Shown here: in pieces, positions 28,369 to 37,462 of the stretch | Layout: each line of letters starts with the position of its first letter | How positions within the stretch are numbered: the stretch's first letter is position 1 | Assembly: GCA_963598325.1 (NCBI GenBank) | Contig: CAVBST010000005.1 | Location: forward strand, 10,121-74,120 | DNA length: 64,000 nucleotides | From: an uncultured Prevotella sp. | Lineage (GTDB): Bacteria; Actinomycetota; Coriobacteriia; Coriobacteriales; Eggerthellaceae | Direction: 5' to 3' | The notes under the pieces: model-generated | The model's database searches: none | Told to the model about the DNA's origin: nothing | What the model saw: the letters and a program-made list of their open reading frames with translations, nothing else | Position numbers and translations under genes: made by a program

Positions 28369-28508
28369 ATGTGCGCTGTTAGCAGGTACACTAACCTGCA
28401 GCATTTGAATTGGATTCGACACGGTAATCGGGCAGCCCTGCAGCGCGTCGAAACCAAAGCGCCAGCAAACGAAGGCGCATCTTCCTGAAACGAAGAAAGG
28501 AACCCCAC

Positions 28509-28937
28509 ATGAGCAATGAAGGCAAGCGCGTACGAGCTCACTACACCGGCACGTTCGACGACGGCACGGTGTTCGACTCTTCCGTCGAGCGCGGCGAGCC
28601 CTTGGAGTTCGTATGCATGGCCGGCCAGATGATCCCCGGCTTCGACAACGCTGTGAAGGACATGGCAGTTGGCGAAAAGAAGAAGGTTCACCTGCCCGCT
28701 TCCGAGGCTTACGGCGAGCATGACGAGGAACTGGTGCAAACAGTTCCCACCGCCAACGTTCCCGGCGCAGAAGACCTGCCGGTTGGCCAGCGCGTGTACC
28801 TTCAGGGCCCCGGCGGCCAGCCCCTGCCCGCTTTGGTGGTAGAGGTTACCGACGAAAACGTAACCTTCGACCTGAACCACGAAATGGCCGGCAAAGACCT
28901 GAACTTCGAGATCGAGCTCGTCGAGGTCCTGGGCTAA
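28509..28937 (+). CDS. FKBP-type peptidyl-prolyl cis-trans isomerase (SlyD-like, no His-rich tail)
   Basis: VRAHYTGTFDDGTVFDSS...GQMIPGFDNAV... Confidence 0.88.
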   Translation: MSNEGKRVRAHYTGTFDDGTVFDSSVERGEPLEFVCMAGQMIPGFDNAVKDMAVGEKKKVHLPASEAYGEHDEELVQTVPTANVPGAEDLPVGQRVYLQGPGGQPLPALVVEVTDENVTFDLNHEMAGKDLNFEIELVEVLG

Positions 28938-28971
28938 ACAACCGCCCATCTGCATACGCCAAAACCAAGGA

Positions 28972-29007
28972 GGAGGGGGCTTGCTTAGGTAAGCCCCCTC
29001 CTTTTTT
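28972..29007 (+). terminator. Rho-independent terminator after the FKBP gene
   Basis: GGAGGGGGC-ttgcttaggtaa-GCCCCCTCC followed by TTTTTT. Confidence 0.8.
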
Positions 29008-29066
29008 GAAACCGCCAACGCGCCGTCATTGTGTTGGCCTTATTGCACCCGCATATACCACTTTTA

Positions 29067-29324
29067 TCAGGCAATCCGTTCCTGCCTTAGCCTATCGGCG
29101 ATCCAGGTTTTTATCACTGCCTGACGGTTGATGGCCAGCGACTCCGCGGCAACGTCAAGCCCCTCTATCATCCATTCGGGAAAGTCGACATTCACCCTAC
29201 GGATAGCGGTGTTCGATCGGCAAACCTTGGCCTTATCGAGGTCAAGATAAGCCATTATGTCCTCTTTTCCTTCGTCGAAGAGCTTGTCGAACTCCTCAAC
29301 GCTGATCTTCTTTTTTTCGGTCAT
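29067..29324 (-). CDS. brnA: BrnA-family antitoxin (ribbon-helix-helix)
   Basis: EEFDKLFDEGKEDIMAYLDL...VNVDFPEWMIEGLD...AVIKTWIADRL. RBS GAGGAGG before the ATG at 29324. Overlaps the end of brnT. Confidence 0.85.
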   Translation of the reverse strand: MTEKKKISVEEFDKLFDEGKEDIMAYLDLDKAKVCRSNTAIRRVNVDFPEWMIEGLDVAAESLAINRQAVIKTWIADRLRQERIA

Positions 29325-29574
29325 AGTAAGCCTCCTCTTTTTCACGAGACCTTCTTACGGAAATGATCCTTATGTTCCCTTTTCGCTCGGTAACTACAGC
29401 GGTCCAGTGCTTTTCCCTTATCAGCCCAAACACCGCAAGCCGCTCTTCACCATGCCCATTCCCCAATGGGGCAACGATGTAAGTTCCTTCCCAAAGCTCT
29501 TGGGCTTCATCGAAATCAATCCCATGCTTGGCTTTGTTTATTGCGCTCTTATTTGGATCGTATTCAAACCCCAT
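29296..29574 (-). CDS. brnT: BrnT-family toxin (DUF497 ribonuclease)
   Basis: FEYDPNKSAINKAKHGIDFDEA...IRIISVRRSREKE. RBS GAGGAG. Confidence 0.85.
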   Translation of the reverse strand: MGFEYDPNKSAINKAKHGIDFDEAQELWEGTYIVAPLGNGHGEERLAVFGLIREKHWTAVVTERKGNIRIISVRRSREKEEAYYDRKKEDQR

Positions 29575-29581
29575 TCCTACT

Positions 29582-29644
29582 CCTCAATATATTATTACAA
29601 CCACATAGGTATGTGTTATATACCTACGAAATGATATATTGAGG
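29582..29644. promoter_or_regulatory. Nested inverted repeats upstream of brnT (candidate TA operator)
   Basis: CCTCAATATAT (29582-29592) pairs with ATATATTGAGG (29634-29644). An inner AGGTAT/ATACCT pair lies between them. Confidence 0.4.
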
Positions 29645-29781
29645 TTAAATAAGACATTTCGCATTTGTTTGTACTATTATTCGCAATGCCTTCCCAGACC
29701 CTTCCCTCCTGGTTCGCAGTTTTCTGCTACAGCAGTTGGATAATCAATTTTTGGCTTGCTTCGGGCGCCAACCAAAGCAAA

Positions 29782-29819
29782 TAAAAACGGAGACCTGCAG
29801 CATGGCTGCGGGTCTCCGT
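29782..29819 (-). terminator. Rho-independent terminator after the aldolase gene
   Basis: Minus-strand ACGGAGACC-(15-nt loop)-GGTCTCCGT followed by TTTTTATTT. Confidence 0.7.
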
Positions 29820-29850
29820 TTGATTTCGGGTTCTTCTGCTGAAGAAGGCT

Positions 29851-30789
29851 TTAGAGGGAGAATTCCTTTTCGCCCTTGAATACGGCCTCGGCGTCTTCAA
29901 CGCTCCAGTCGCCCAAGGTGATGGCGGAAATGGCGTTGGTAAGGCGGATAGCCTCTTCGGTGGAACGCATGTGGATGTTACGGCCGGTTGCGTTGCCGCA
30001 TGCGCCGCCGATATGGATCTGGTCGTGCAGCTGGGTAAGGAACACGTTGGCATCGGCCTTGGAGCCGCCTGCGCATACCAGGCCCGTGCGACCGGAAGCC
30101 TTGGATGCAATGGCAAGGCCCTGAGCGGAGGTCTGACCCTCTACCTCGTGCGGGGGGTTGACCTTAACGAAGTCGGCACCCAGGCACAGGGCAACGCCAG
30201 CAGCGCCAGCGATAAGCTCGGGATCCTTTTCGTCGGTAACAGCCTTGCCGCGAGGATAGATCCACAGAACAACCAGCAGGCCGGCAGCATGAGCCTCGGC
30301 GATGAGCTCGCCAGCTTCAGCCATCATGGTGGATTCATACTCGGAGCCCAGGTAGATGGTGTAGCCAAGGCCAACGATGTTCACGCCAGCTTCGCGCATG
30401 GCAAGAACAGCCTCAAGCTCGTGGAGCTGAGGGCTGTAAGGATCGTCCTGCGAGCCCTTAACCAGGTTGGTCTTGGAGTTCATCTTCACCAGGTAGTTGA
30501 TTTCCGGATAGTCGGGGGCATACTGGGCAACCAGACCGCGCTGACCAGCCAGAACGCCGATGGTGCCCTTGGAACCGATCTCGAAAAGATGCTCGGGCTC
30601 GGCGTCGGAGATATCGATGCCCTCGCCGTAGAAGTCCTTGTTCAGGTGCTCGATCTTCTGGTCGCAAGCGAAAAGCATCAGGCGACCGGTGCCGCGGGTT
30701 GCCTTCATGTAGTTCTCAATGTAGGTCTCACGAGCCTCAGGCATAACGTCAGCAGGGACCTTAACCTGATCACGGGTGATAGTGGGCAT
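29851..30789 (-). CDS. Class I (DhnA/FbaB-type) fructose-bisphosphate aldolase family protein
   Basis: RBS AAGGAGGA before the ATG at 30789. DeoC/LacD-fold family similarity (RLMLFACDQKIEH, ADFVKV). Confidence 0.8.
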   Translation of the reverse strand: MPTITRDQVKVPADVMPEARETYIENYMKATRGTGRLMLFACDQKIEHLNKDFYGEGIDISDAEPEHLFEIGSKGTIGVLAGQRGLVAQYAPDYPEINYLVKMNSKTNLVKGSQDDPYSPQLHELEAVLAMREAGVNIVGLGYTIYLGSEYESTMMAEAGELIAEAHAAGLLVVLWIYPRGKAVTDEKDPELIAGAAGVALCLGADFVKVNPPHEVEGQTSAQGLAIASKASGRTGLVCAGGSKADANVFLTQLHDQIHIGGACGNATGRNIHMRSTEEAIRLTNAISAITLGDWSVEDAEAVFKGEKEFSL

Positions 30790-30983
30790 ATTGTTCCTCC
30801 TTAAAGGCATGGATACACACAGTGGCTTTCATTATATCGTGTTGGGCGCAGCTTTGCCGATACTGCTTTTCCCTTCGCGGATTCTTGTGCCGCGGCGACA
30901 AGGTAAACGCAACAGTTGCGCCAAGTTTGGCAACTAACGGATTCTTTGCCATGGCAACCTGCCTGCAACGGGGCGGGCGGGGG

Positions 30984-31769
30984 CTAGAACCATTCGTGCC
31001 TGCCGCACACGTATAGCTGCTCGAACTCGCTTTGGGTCTTGGTAAGGTACACAATGCCTTCGATGATGGCGATTATCCACACCACACCCGCCACAAGCCC
31101 AAACGTGAACAGGCCGCCCACCAGGCTCAACGCCAGCATGATGAACCCTTGGGTGTTGTAGCCCAAATAGAACTTGTGCACGCCGAAGCCGCCCAAGAAG
31201 ATGGCAAGCAATCCGGCAGCCACATGGTCGCGCGAAGAAAGCGGCGCGGCATAGTGCGGCTGCATCGGGGGCTGCCGGTACGCGCCCTGCGCTGAGCAGG
31301 GCGAAGACTGGGCGTAGGAGCCTTGGGTCGAACCGGGCGCTTGCTGGGCGTGGACACCCTCACCCTGGGCCGAGCCAGGCGTTTGCTGGACGTAGGCCTG
31401 CTGAGCCTGACCGGGAGCCACCTGCTGGTAGGCAGCTTGCGCGGACGACCCTTGGGGCTGGTTGGGCAACGGCTGCTGGCCGGGCGCCTGGGCAGAAACT
31501 CCCTGCACCGAACCCGCCGGCGGCTGGCAGGGTGCCTGCCCATAAGCCGGGCTGCCCGCTCCCGCTGCCGCAGCCTGCGCTTCCGCCAGCCTTTGCTCGG
31601 CGGCAAACAAGGCCTCTCGTGCTGCCTGCAGGTCCCGCTCAGCGGCGCAAATCGCCGCATCGCGGGCGCTTTCGGCGGTCGCTTGCGAAACGGCAGATTG
31701 GCCCGCGCCTTCTTGGGGCGCCGTGCTGCCCGCAGGCGGGATAGGAGGCTGATTAGGCGTTGCGGTCAT
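30984..31769 (-). CDS. TM2-domain membrane protein with a long Q/A/P-rich N-terminal region
   Basis: C-terminal LAIFLGGFGVHKFYLGY... is a TM2 domain. ATG at 31769 after AAGGAG. Confidence 0.8.
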   Translation of the reverse strand: MTATPNQPPIPPAGSTAPQEGAGQSAVSQATAESARDAAICAAERDLQAAREALFAAEQRLAEAQAAAAGAGSPAYGQAPCQPPAGSVQGVSAQAPGQQPLPNQPQGSSAQAAYQQVAPGQAQQAYVQQTPGSAQGEGVHAQQAPGSTQGSYAQSSPCSAQGAYRQPPMQPHYAAPLSSRDHVAAGLLAIFLGGFGVHKFYLGYNTQGFIMLALSLVGGLFTFGLVAGVVWIIAIIEGIVYLTKTQSEFEQLYVCGRHEWF

Positions 31770-32547
31770 GCTCACGCTCCTTGGCTAGGCGCTTACGCTC
31801 TTCATCCATATGGTGGTAGGTTTTCTGCGCGCTGAAGAAGCCCATGATGCGCTCGCGGAAAACGATTCCCAGCACCATGAGCACCGCCGCCACGCCGAAG
31901 ATGATAAGGCTGGTTGTTATGTCGCCTTCCGCCAAGCCGGCGGCAGCGTAGGTGGAAATGATCACGCCAGGGATGCGCGCTACCGTAGTGATGAGCAAGA
32001 ACGTTCGCATGCGCATAGAGGTAAGCGGCACCAGATAGGTGAACACGTCCTTCGGCATGCCGGGAATCACGAACAGGATGAACACGATGAGGTTCAGCTT
32101 GCCCGAGCGCTCGAACTCGTAGAACTTCACCATGTGCTCTTCGCTTACCATGGACCGCACAAACGGCGCGCCCAAGCTGTGCACCAGCTTGTAGATGATG
32201 GCGCTTGAAACAACGCAGCCCAGCAAGATGATGAGCGACCCGAAGAACGGCCCGTACAGCATGCCCGCCGCAACCTGTACCACTTCGCCGGGGATGAACG
32301 CAACGATTATCTGCAGCAGCTGAAGCCCCAGCAAGATGAACACCCCGAAGGGCCCCTTGCTCTGGATGCTCTCTATGACCTTGTTGACGCCGTCTTCCTC
32401 GAACAGCAGCGAAAGGCTGGGCCACAGCGCCGCCACGATAACACACACGATGGCGATGAACGCCACCAAGCCCCCCAGCTTGATGAGGTCGGCCTTCTTT
32501 ATGCTACGGCCGAAAACGGAAACGGTCTGCTGCTCCGATTCGCTCAT
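31753..32547 (-). CDS. TVP38/TMEM64 (DedA-related) family membrane protein
   Basis: VAFIPGEVVQVAAGMLYGPFFG motif. The start overlaps the upstream stop as ATGA. Confidence 0.85.
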   Translation of the reverse strand: MSESEQQTVSVFGRSIKKADLIKLGGLVAFIAIVCVIVAALWPSLSLLFEEDGVNKVIESIQSKGPFGVFILLGLQLLQIIVAFIPGEVVQVAAGMLYGPFFGSLIILLGCVVSSAIIYKLVHSLGAPFVRSMVSEEHMVKFYEFERSGKLNLIVFILFVIPGMPKDVFTYLVPLTSMRMRTFLLITTVARIPGVIISTYAAAGLAEGDITTSLIIFGVAAVLMVLGIVFRERIMGFFSAQKTYHHMDEERKRLAKEREHDRNA

Positions 32548-33449
32548 TTGCCCTCCTCTTCGCCGCCATGCGCCGCCTTGCGGTATTCCTCTTTGAAACT
32601 GGAGAACATGCCCTTGGTTTTGGACAGCTGAACGCCCAGCTTGAAGGCGCCTTCGTTCACTGCTTCGCCTGCCTTATGGGCGGCCTTGTCGGCGGCATCG
32701 TTGGCCTTCTGTGCCACTTCGGCAGCAACGGGCTTCGCCTTCTGGGCAACGTTGGAAGCCTTGTTCGCCGCCACCGCGCTGGCCGCACCGGCCTTCTGCG
32801 CCAAGCCGCCTTCGGTGCCCACTTCCAGCGCCTCGGGCGCAACGATGATGGCGCCGCGCAGGAAGTCTTCGCCTTCCTCGTTGTTCAGCTTGTCGCCCAC
32901 GCCAAGCTTGAAGCCCTTGATAAGCCCCACCGGGAGCTCCGCGTATCCCAGCAGCACATCGGCCGTGGTGCCACGGTCTACCACAACCTTCTTCACCTGG
33001 CCCGATTCGGTTTCGAACAGGACATCGCCCACGAAGCCGCAGCGCTTTTCTTCTTGCGTCATAAGGGGCATGCCCTGCCACATGATGCATTCGTCCCAGT
33101 TAACGCCCAAGCGCTTGCAGGCGGCTTTGCCGGTAGCGGCCTTGGTAAGCGTGATGAACAGCTTGCCGTCTTCCACGTCGAAGCTGTCCAGCGCCACGAA
33201 CAGGTCGGAGCGATGCGCCATAAGGGCGATGTCGGGGCGCTTCACCGTGAAGCCCACAACCTTGCGGGCGTGGGGGTGGAACACGAAGCGATGCACCTTG
33301 CCGATGCGCTTGTGCGGGACGCCCTTCTTGTCCAGCTCGTACACGGGAACGCCGCGCAGGCTGCTTGTTAGGTATTCGCTCTTCTTCAACGGGTCTCCTT
33401 CGGGCTTGCCCCAAGCATAAGAAACGGCGACCATCGGCCGCCGCCCCAT
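32544..33449 (-). CDS. PRC-barrel-like domain protein with a C-terminal A/K/E-rich amphipathic region
   Basis: Two barrel-like segments (GKVHRFVFHP...VVGFTV and GFVGDVLFETESGQVKKVVV). The tail is AAEVAQKANDAADKAAHKAGEAV. The start codon is uncertain (33449 or 33434). Confidence 0.55.
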   Translation of the reverse strand: MGRRPMVAVSYAWGKPEGDPLKKSEYLTSSLRGVPVYELDKKGVPHKRIGKVHRFVFHPHARKVVGFTVKRPDIALMAHRSDLFVALDSFDVEDGKLFITLTKAATGKAACKRLGVNWDECIMWQGMPLMTQEEKRCGFVGDVLFETESGQVKKVVVDRGTTADVLLGYAELPVGLIKGFKLGVGDKLNNEEGEDFLRGAIIVAPEALEVGTEGGLAQKAGAASAVAANKASNVAQKAKPVAAEVAQKANDAADKAAHKAGEAVNEGAFKLGVQLSKTKGMFSSFKEEYRKAAHGGEEEGK

Positions 33450-33532
33450 CGGCCCTTAACGAGCCGTGCGTCCAGTTCCCACGATATTGCTTATTGCTAC
33501 GGGGAACCGAACCGTTATCAAATCGTTTGGCC

Positions 33533-34129
33533 TTATTCTGCAGGCTTTTCTTCCGCAGGCTGGGCGGGGGCAACGTGTGCGCCCTCTACCTCGGGCTCGG
33601 CAGAATCAGCGGGCTTCACCTTGGCAGATACGGCAGAAGCGGCACCGGCAGCGGCTTCCTTTACCGCACCGGCGGCTTCGGTGGCAGCGGTCTTTGCGCC
33701 AGCAGCAGCGTCTACCACGGCGGGGATCTTGTCTACCGCGGCATCGCGGGCAGCCTCTGCGTTCTTGGCCACCTGGGATGCAATGCGCTCACGGGCGGCT
33801 TCGATCTTCTGACGCAGCTCGTCGCCATTGGCGTCGAACGACTTCACAGATTCGGGGGTGAGCTTCTGGGCGCGCTGCACAACGGCCTTGCGGGCTTCCG
33901 CGCCGTTGTCTACCACCGTGTTGATTACCTTGGTGGAAGTGGAAGCTGCTGCCTCCACGAGCTGCTTGCCCTTTTCCTGAACCTGAGCAGGGCAAGAGAA
34001 ATTGCCGCCCTTCTCGTTGATAACCTCGCCCAGAAGCGCGCGGTTCTCGGAACCGGAGCGGGGCGAAAGGAGCAGACCGGCAACAGCGCCTACTGCGCCG
34101 CCTACAATGAACGTTGCGAACTTGCCCAT
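33533..34129 (-). CDS. YtxH-domain (general-stress, LEA-like) protein
   Basis: MGKFATFIVGGAVGAVAGLLLSPRSGSENR is the YtxH signature. Start reset to the ATG at 34129. Confidence 0.8.
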   Translation of the reverse strand: MGKFATFIVGGAVGAVAGLLLSPRSGSENRALLGEVINEKGGNFSCPAQVQEKGKQLVEAAASTSTKVINTVVDNGAEARKAVVQRAQKLTPESVKSFDANGDELRQKIEAARERIASQVAKNAEAARDAAVDKIPAVVDAAAGAKTAATEAAGAVKEAAAGAASAVSAKVKPADSAEPEVEGAHVAPAQPAEEKPAE

Positions 34130-34338
34130 GATGAACACCTTCCCCAAAAAATTGTTGTATATCTTGCCATTATAAGGGCGCAGCCAGCTGCGCAAGCCGC
34201 AAAACTGCTCGCAGTTGATTCTTGTTAACAAGGCGAAAGATAGCGAAAAGGTCTATTTCGTCGGTATTTGCCGCTTATACGCCCATCGCGCTAGGGCGTG
34301 GGCTCGAATTACAATGTACTAACAAGGAGGAGATCGGT

Positions 34339-35550
34339 ATGGGTGCTCATGGACAGGCTAATTTTAGCGAGGCGGTGCTTCGCGGGGGTGATGCGGGCTA
34401 TCAGGCAGAGGCCGACCGCATCGCAAAAGCCTATGGCTTCGACTTCGTGGGCATAGGGCTTTCCCCATTCGTTGGCGCACCCATGAAATGGGTTTACTTC
34501 AGCGGGGCAACCAGCCAACGCGTTACCCGCATCTTGCTTTCACCCGGCCATGGCATCGGGGGCATCGTGCTGAAAAGCGGCCAGCCCATGATGCTCACCG
34601 ACATCGACAAAGACCTTGGGCAGAACGAATATTCCAGCTACCCTATCGTGTTTGCCGAAGACCTGCGCAGCTTCTGCGCGCTGCCCTTGAAGCAAGGCAG
34701 CAACACCGTTGGCGTCCTCATCCTTGCCCATCGGACATCCGGCCGAGAGCATGCGCACGCTTACCTCCGCTGCGCGAACGACTTGCAGGGGAAGTTCCTC
34801 GATGCCGAGGTGCTGGAGCAGAGCCTTGTTGAATTCGCCAAACCCAAGGCAGACGGAAGGGAAGATTCGGGATTCGTCCCCCTTCGCCAAACCGAGCTTT
34901 CCAAGGTAGTGCTTGCCCAGGAAGACGAACGGAAGCGGCTTTCGCGCGAATTGCATGACGGCATGGCGCAGGACCTGCTTACCGTAACCCTCCTGCTGCA
35001 CATGGCGCAGGAACGCATCGATGATGCAGACGCGAACGACTTCATCGAGCAGGCGCTTTCCCGCATCGAGTCGCTTCAGACCGACATCCACAATCTGTCA
35101 ACCGAGCTCAGGCCTTCCACCTTGGACAACTTCGGCCTCATCCCCGCACTGAAATCCCAGGCTGCCGTTCTGGAAAAGACCTACGGCGCAAGCATCGTGT
35201 TCACGGGCCAACAAAGCATCGACCGCTTCGATCCGGCCGTGGAAACCCAGGTTTACCGCATCTGCCAAGAGGCTATACTCAATTCCTGCAAATACTCCAA
35301 GGCAGACAGGGTCGAGGTTTCCTTCGCCGCAAGCGTTGGATGGCTGAACGTCTCGATATCCGACGAAGGCATTGGCTTCAACACCGAAGCGCCCGTTGTG
35401 CAGGGAAGCGGCTGTGGCCTTTCGGGAATGCGCGAACGGGCGCGCCTGATCGGAGCCGACCTGCAGATAAGCTCCAGCAACCGGGGATCCACCATAAGCC
35501 TGGTGGCCCCCATGAGGGAAGAAACGAAGAGGGAGGAACCTCCAAGATGA
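34339..35550 (+). CDS. Soluble sensor histidine kinase: N-terminal GAF-like domain plus HisKA_3 plus HATPase (NarL-partner type)
   Basis: RBS AAGGAGGAG. No TM helices. H-box EDERKRLSRELHDGMAQDL. N/G boxes (ILNSCKYSKA, DEGIGF). Confidence 0.85.
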   Translation: MGAHGQANFSEAVLRGGDAGYQAEADRIAKAYGFDFVGIGLSPFVGAPMKWVYFSGATSQRVTRILLSPGHGIGGIVLKSGQPMMLTDIDKDLGQNEYSSYPIVFAEDLRSFCALPLKQGSNTVGVLILAHRTSGREHAHAYLRCANDLQGKFLDAEVLEQSLVEFAKPKADGREDSGFVPLRQTELSKVVLAQEDERKRLSRELHDGMAQDLLTVTLLLHMAQERIDDADANDFIEQALSRIESLQTDIHNLSTELRPSTLDNFGLIPALKSQAAVLEKTYGASIVFTGQQSIDRFDPAVETQVYRICQEAILNSCKYSKADRVEVSFAASVGWLNVSISDEGIGFNTEAPVVQGSGCGLSGMRERARLIGADLQISSSNRGSTISLVAPMREETKREEPPR

Positions 35551-36191
35551 TCACCGTTGTCCTTGCCGACGATCATGAGATGGTGCGCTTTGGCTTCAAG
35601 ATGATCTTGGACAAAGACCCGGACATCCAAGTTGTCGGCGAAGCAGCAGATGGGACGCAGGCATACGCCGTTTGCGCGGCACGCAAGCCCGACATCCTCC
35701 TGCTCGACCTCTCCATGCCCCCTGCGCAAAGCGGCCTGGTTGCCTGCGAGAAAATAGTGCGCGACCTTCCCGGTACCAAGGTGATCATCCTCACCATGTT
35801 CGCCGAGCCAGAGTACCTGTACCACACCATGAACAAGGGAGCGAAGGGCTACCTGCTGAAAAGCGCATCGCCGGCGGAGCTGCTGCGGGCAATCCATATG
35901 GTGCAGGAAGGCGATAGCTATATTCACCCCAAGATGGCAGCGGCGCTGGCGAAATTCGTGGCAGAAGGTGGCAAAGAAGCCGAATCAAACTTAGAGCAGC
36001 TCACCCCACGCGAAATGGAGGTGCTGATCCTCCTTGCCCGCGGGTTCACCAATCGCGAGATCTCCGAGCGCATCTTCCTTTCCGTGAAAACCGTAGAAGC
36101 ACATCGCTCGAAGGTATACAGCAAGCTGAACCTGAAGAACCGCGCCGAGCTGGTCGAGTTCGCCCTGCGCCACAAGCTGTTGGAACTGTAG
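35547..36191 (+). CDS. NarL/FixJ-family response regulator (REC plus LuxR HTH)
   Basis: MITVVLADDHEMVR...LLLDLSMP. C-terminal LTPREMEVLILLARGFTNREISERIFLSVKTVEAHR. ATGA overlap with the kinase stop. Confidence 0.92.
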   Translation: MITVVLADDHEMVRFGFKMILDKDPDIQVVGEAADGTQAYAVCAARKPDILLLDLSMPPAQSGLVACEKIVRDLPGTKVIILTMFAEPEYLYHTMNKGAKGYLLKSASPAELLRAIHMVQEGDSYIHPKMAAALAKFVAEGGKEAESNLEQLTPREMEVLILLARGFTNREISERIFLSVKTVEAHRSKVYSKLNLKNRAELVEFALRHKLLEL

Positions 36192-36229
36192 GCTGGCAGA
36201 GCCCAGGCCAAACGGAACGCTCGGCGAGC

Positions 36230-37177
36230 CTATTTCTTCCCGGGGGCGGAAACCTCCATGCCCAATGCGCCAGCCGGGCAGGCATCGATGCACTTGCCGC
36301 ATACCATGCAATCGCCCGCGCAAACCCTTGACTGCTCGCCTTCAAGGGCGGGGTCCAAGATCTCGGGAGCCGCAATGCAGGCCTTCTTGCAGTTTCCGCA
36401 TTTGATGCAGGCATCATGATCGATGCGCACCTTCACCAGGCCAACCTTGCCCAGCAGCTCGTAGAAGCCGCCGAGCGGGCACAGCGAGCGGCACCATACC
36501 CGATGCCCCCAGAACACATCCACCAGAACAATGGCAAGCAAGGTTATCCCGCCAACGGCGCTTCCGAATACCAGGCCCTTGTTGATGAAGCTGATCGGGT
36601 TCACCACCTCGTAAACAGGAATGCTCACCAGAAGGGAAAGCACCAGCACTGCGGCGGCAACACCTATCTTCGTATGGCGCGGCAGCTTCTGCTCGGGGAG
36701 CTGGCGTTTCGGGCATACCTTCTTCCGCCATGCGTCCACTGCCTCTAAAAGCAGGTTCACCGGGCAAACCCAACCGCAGAAAGCCCTGCCACGTACTATG
36801 CCGAACACCAGCAGCGGGACCAATGCCGCCAGAAGCCAGGCGGGGTCGAACGCCTTAGACGCGGCAACCGTCTGAAGGAACACGAATGGGTCCATAAGGG
36901 TAATCGGGCCTATCTGCGAAGAAGAAAGCGTTCCCGACCAGGCGAATTGTGCCGGTGTGGCAACCGATTCCGTAACCGGGTCGCCCTGCAGGTCGGTTCC
37001 CATAATCGCCCAACCCGACGCAACAACGGGCACCAGGAAGAACAGCAGCACGAGCACCTGCACGCAATGGCGGGCGATGCCCCACTTATGGCGGCCTTTC
37101 TTCACCGGCGAAGGCTGCGCTTGCGGCGAACCGGCGGAGCAACCGCGCCCCTTATCCGTTTTGGAGTCGTCCAACAT
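36230..37177 (-). CDS. napH: NapH-like membrane quinol dehydrogenase ferredoxin subunit
   Basis: TM helices, CGWVCP and WCRSLCPLGG motifs, and two C-terminal 4Fe-4S motifs (CIKCGNCKKAC, CMVCGKCIDACP). Confidence 0.85.
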   Translation of the reverse strand: MLDDSKTDKGRGCSAGSPQAQPSPVKKGRHKWGIARHCVQVLVLLFFLVPVVASGWAIMGTDLQGDPVTESVATPAQFAWSGTLSSSQIGPITLMDPFVFLQTVAASKAFDPAWLLAALVPLLVFGIVRGRAFCGWVCPVNLLLEAVDAWRKKVCPKRQLPEQKLPRHTKIGVAAAVLVLSLLVSIPVYEVVNPISFINKGLVFGSAVGGITLLAIVLVDVFWGHRVWCRSLCPLGGFYELLGKVGLVKVRIDHDACIKCGNCKKACIAAPEILDPALEGEQSRVCAGDCMVCGKCIDACPAGALGMEVSAPGKK

Positions 37178-37189
37178 GGAAATCCCGCC

Positions 37190-37462
37190 TTAGCGCAAGC
37201 TCGGATCGTCTTCGAAATTGACGTAGATAAGGTTCACGCTCAAAACCCCTGGCACATCCTGGAACTTCGCAGCTGCATCGGCCGAGGAATCCACTGTTTC
37301 CGACTCAAGGGTCACCACCAGCTTCGACTCGACAACCTCGTGCACCTCAACACCCTCCATGGTGGAAAGGGCCTGGGCAACCTTGGTCGTGGAATCGGAA
37401 ACGGTATTCACCACCAAGCTCGAGATAACCACGCTACTCACCGGCCTTTCGTTGCTGCACAT
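37190..37462 (-). CDS. napD: NapD-like Tat proofreading chaperone
   Basis: 90 aa, with the SSLVV...GVEVHEV...KLVVTLE...GVLSVNLIY pattern of NapD. The start codon is uncertain. Confidence 0.75.
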   Translation of the reverse strand: MCSNERPVSSVVISSLVVNTVSDSTTKVAQALSTMEGVEVHEVVESKLVVTLESETVDSSADAAAKFQDVPGVLSVNLIYVNFEDDPSLR

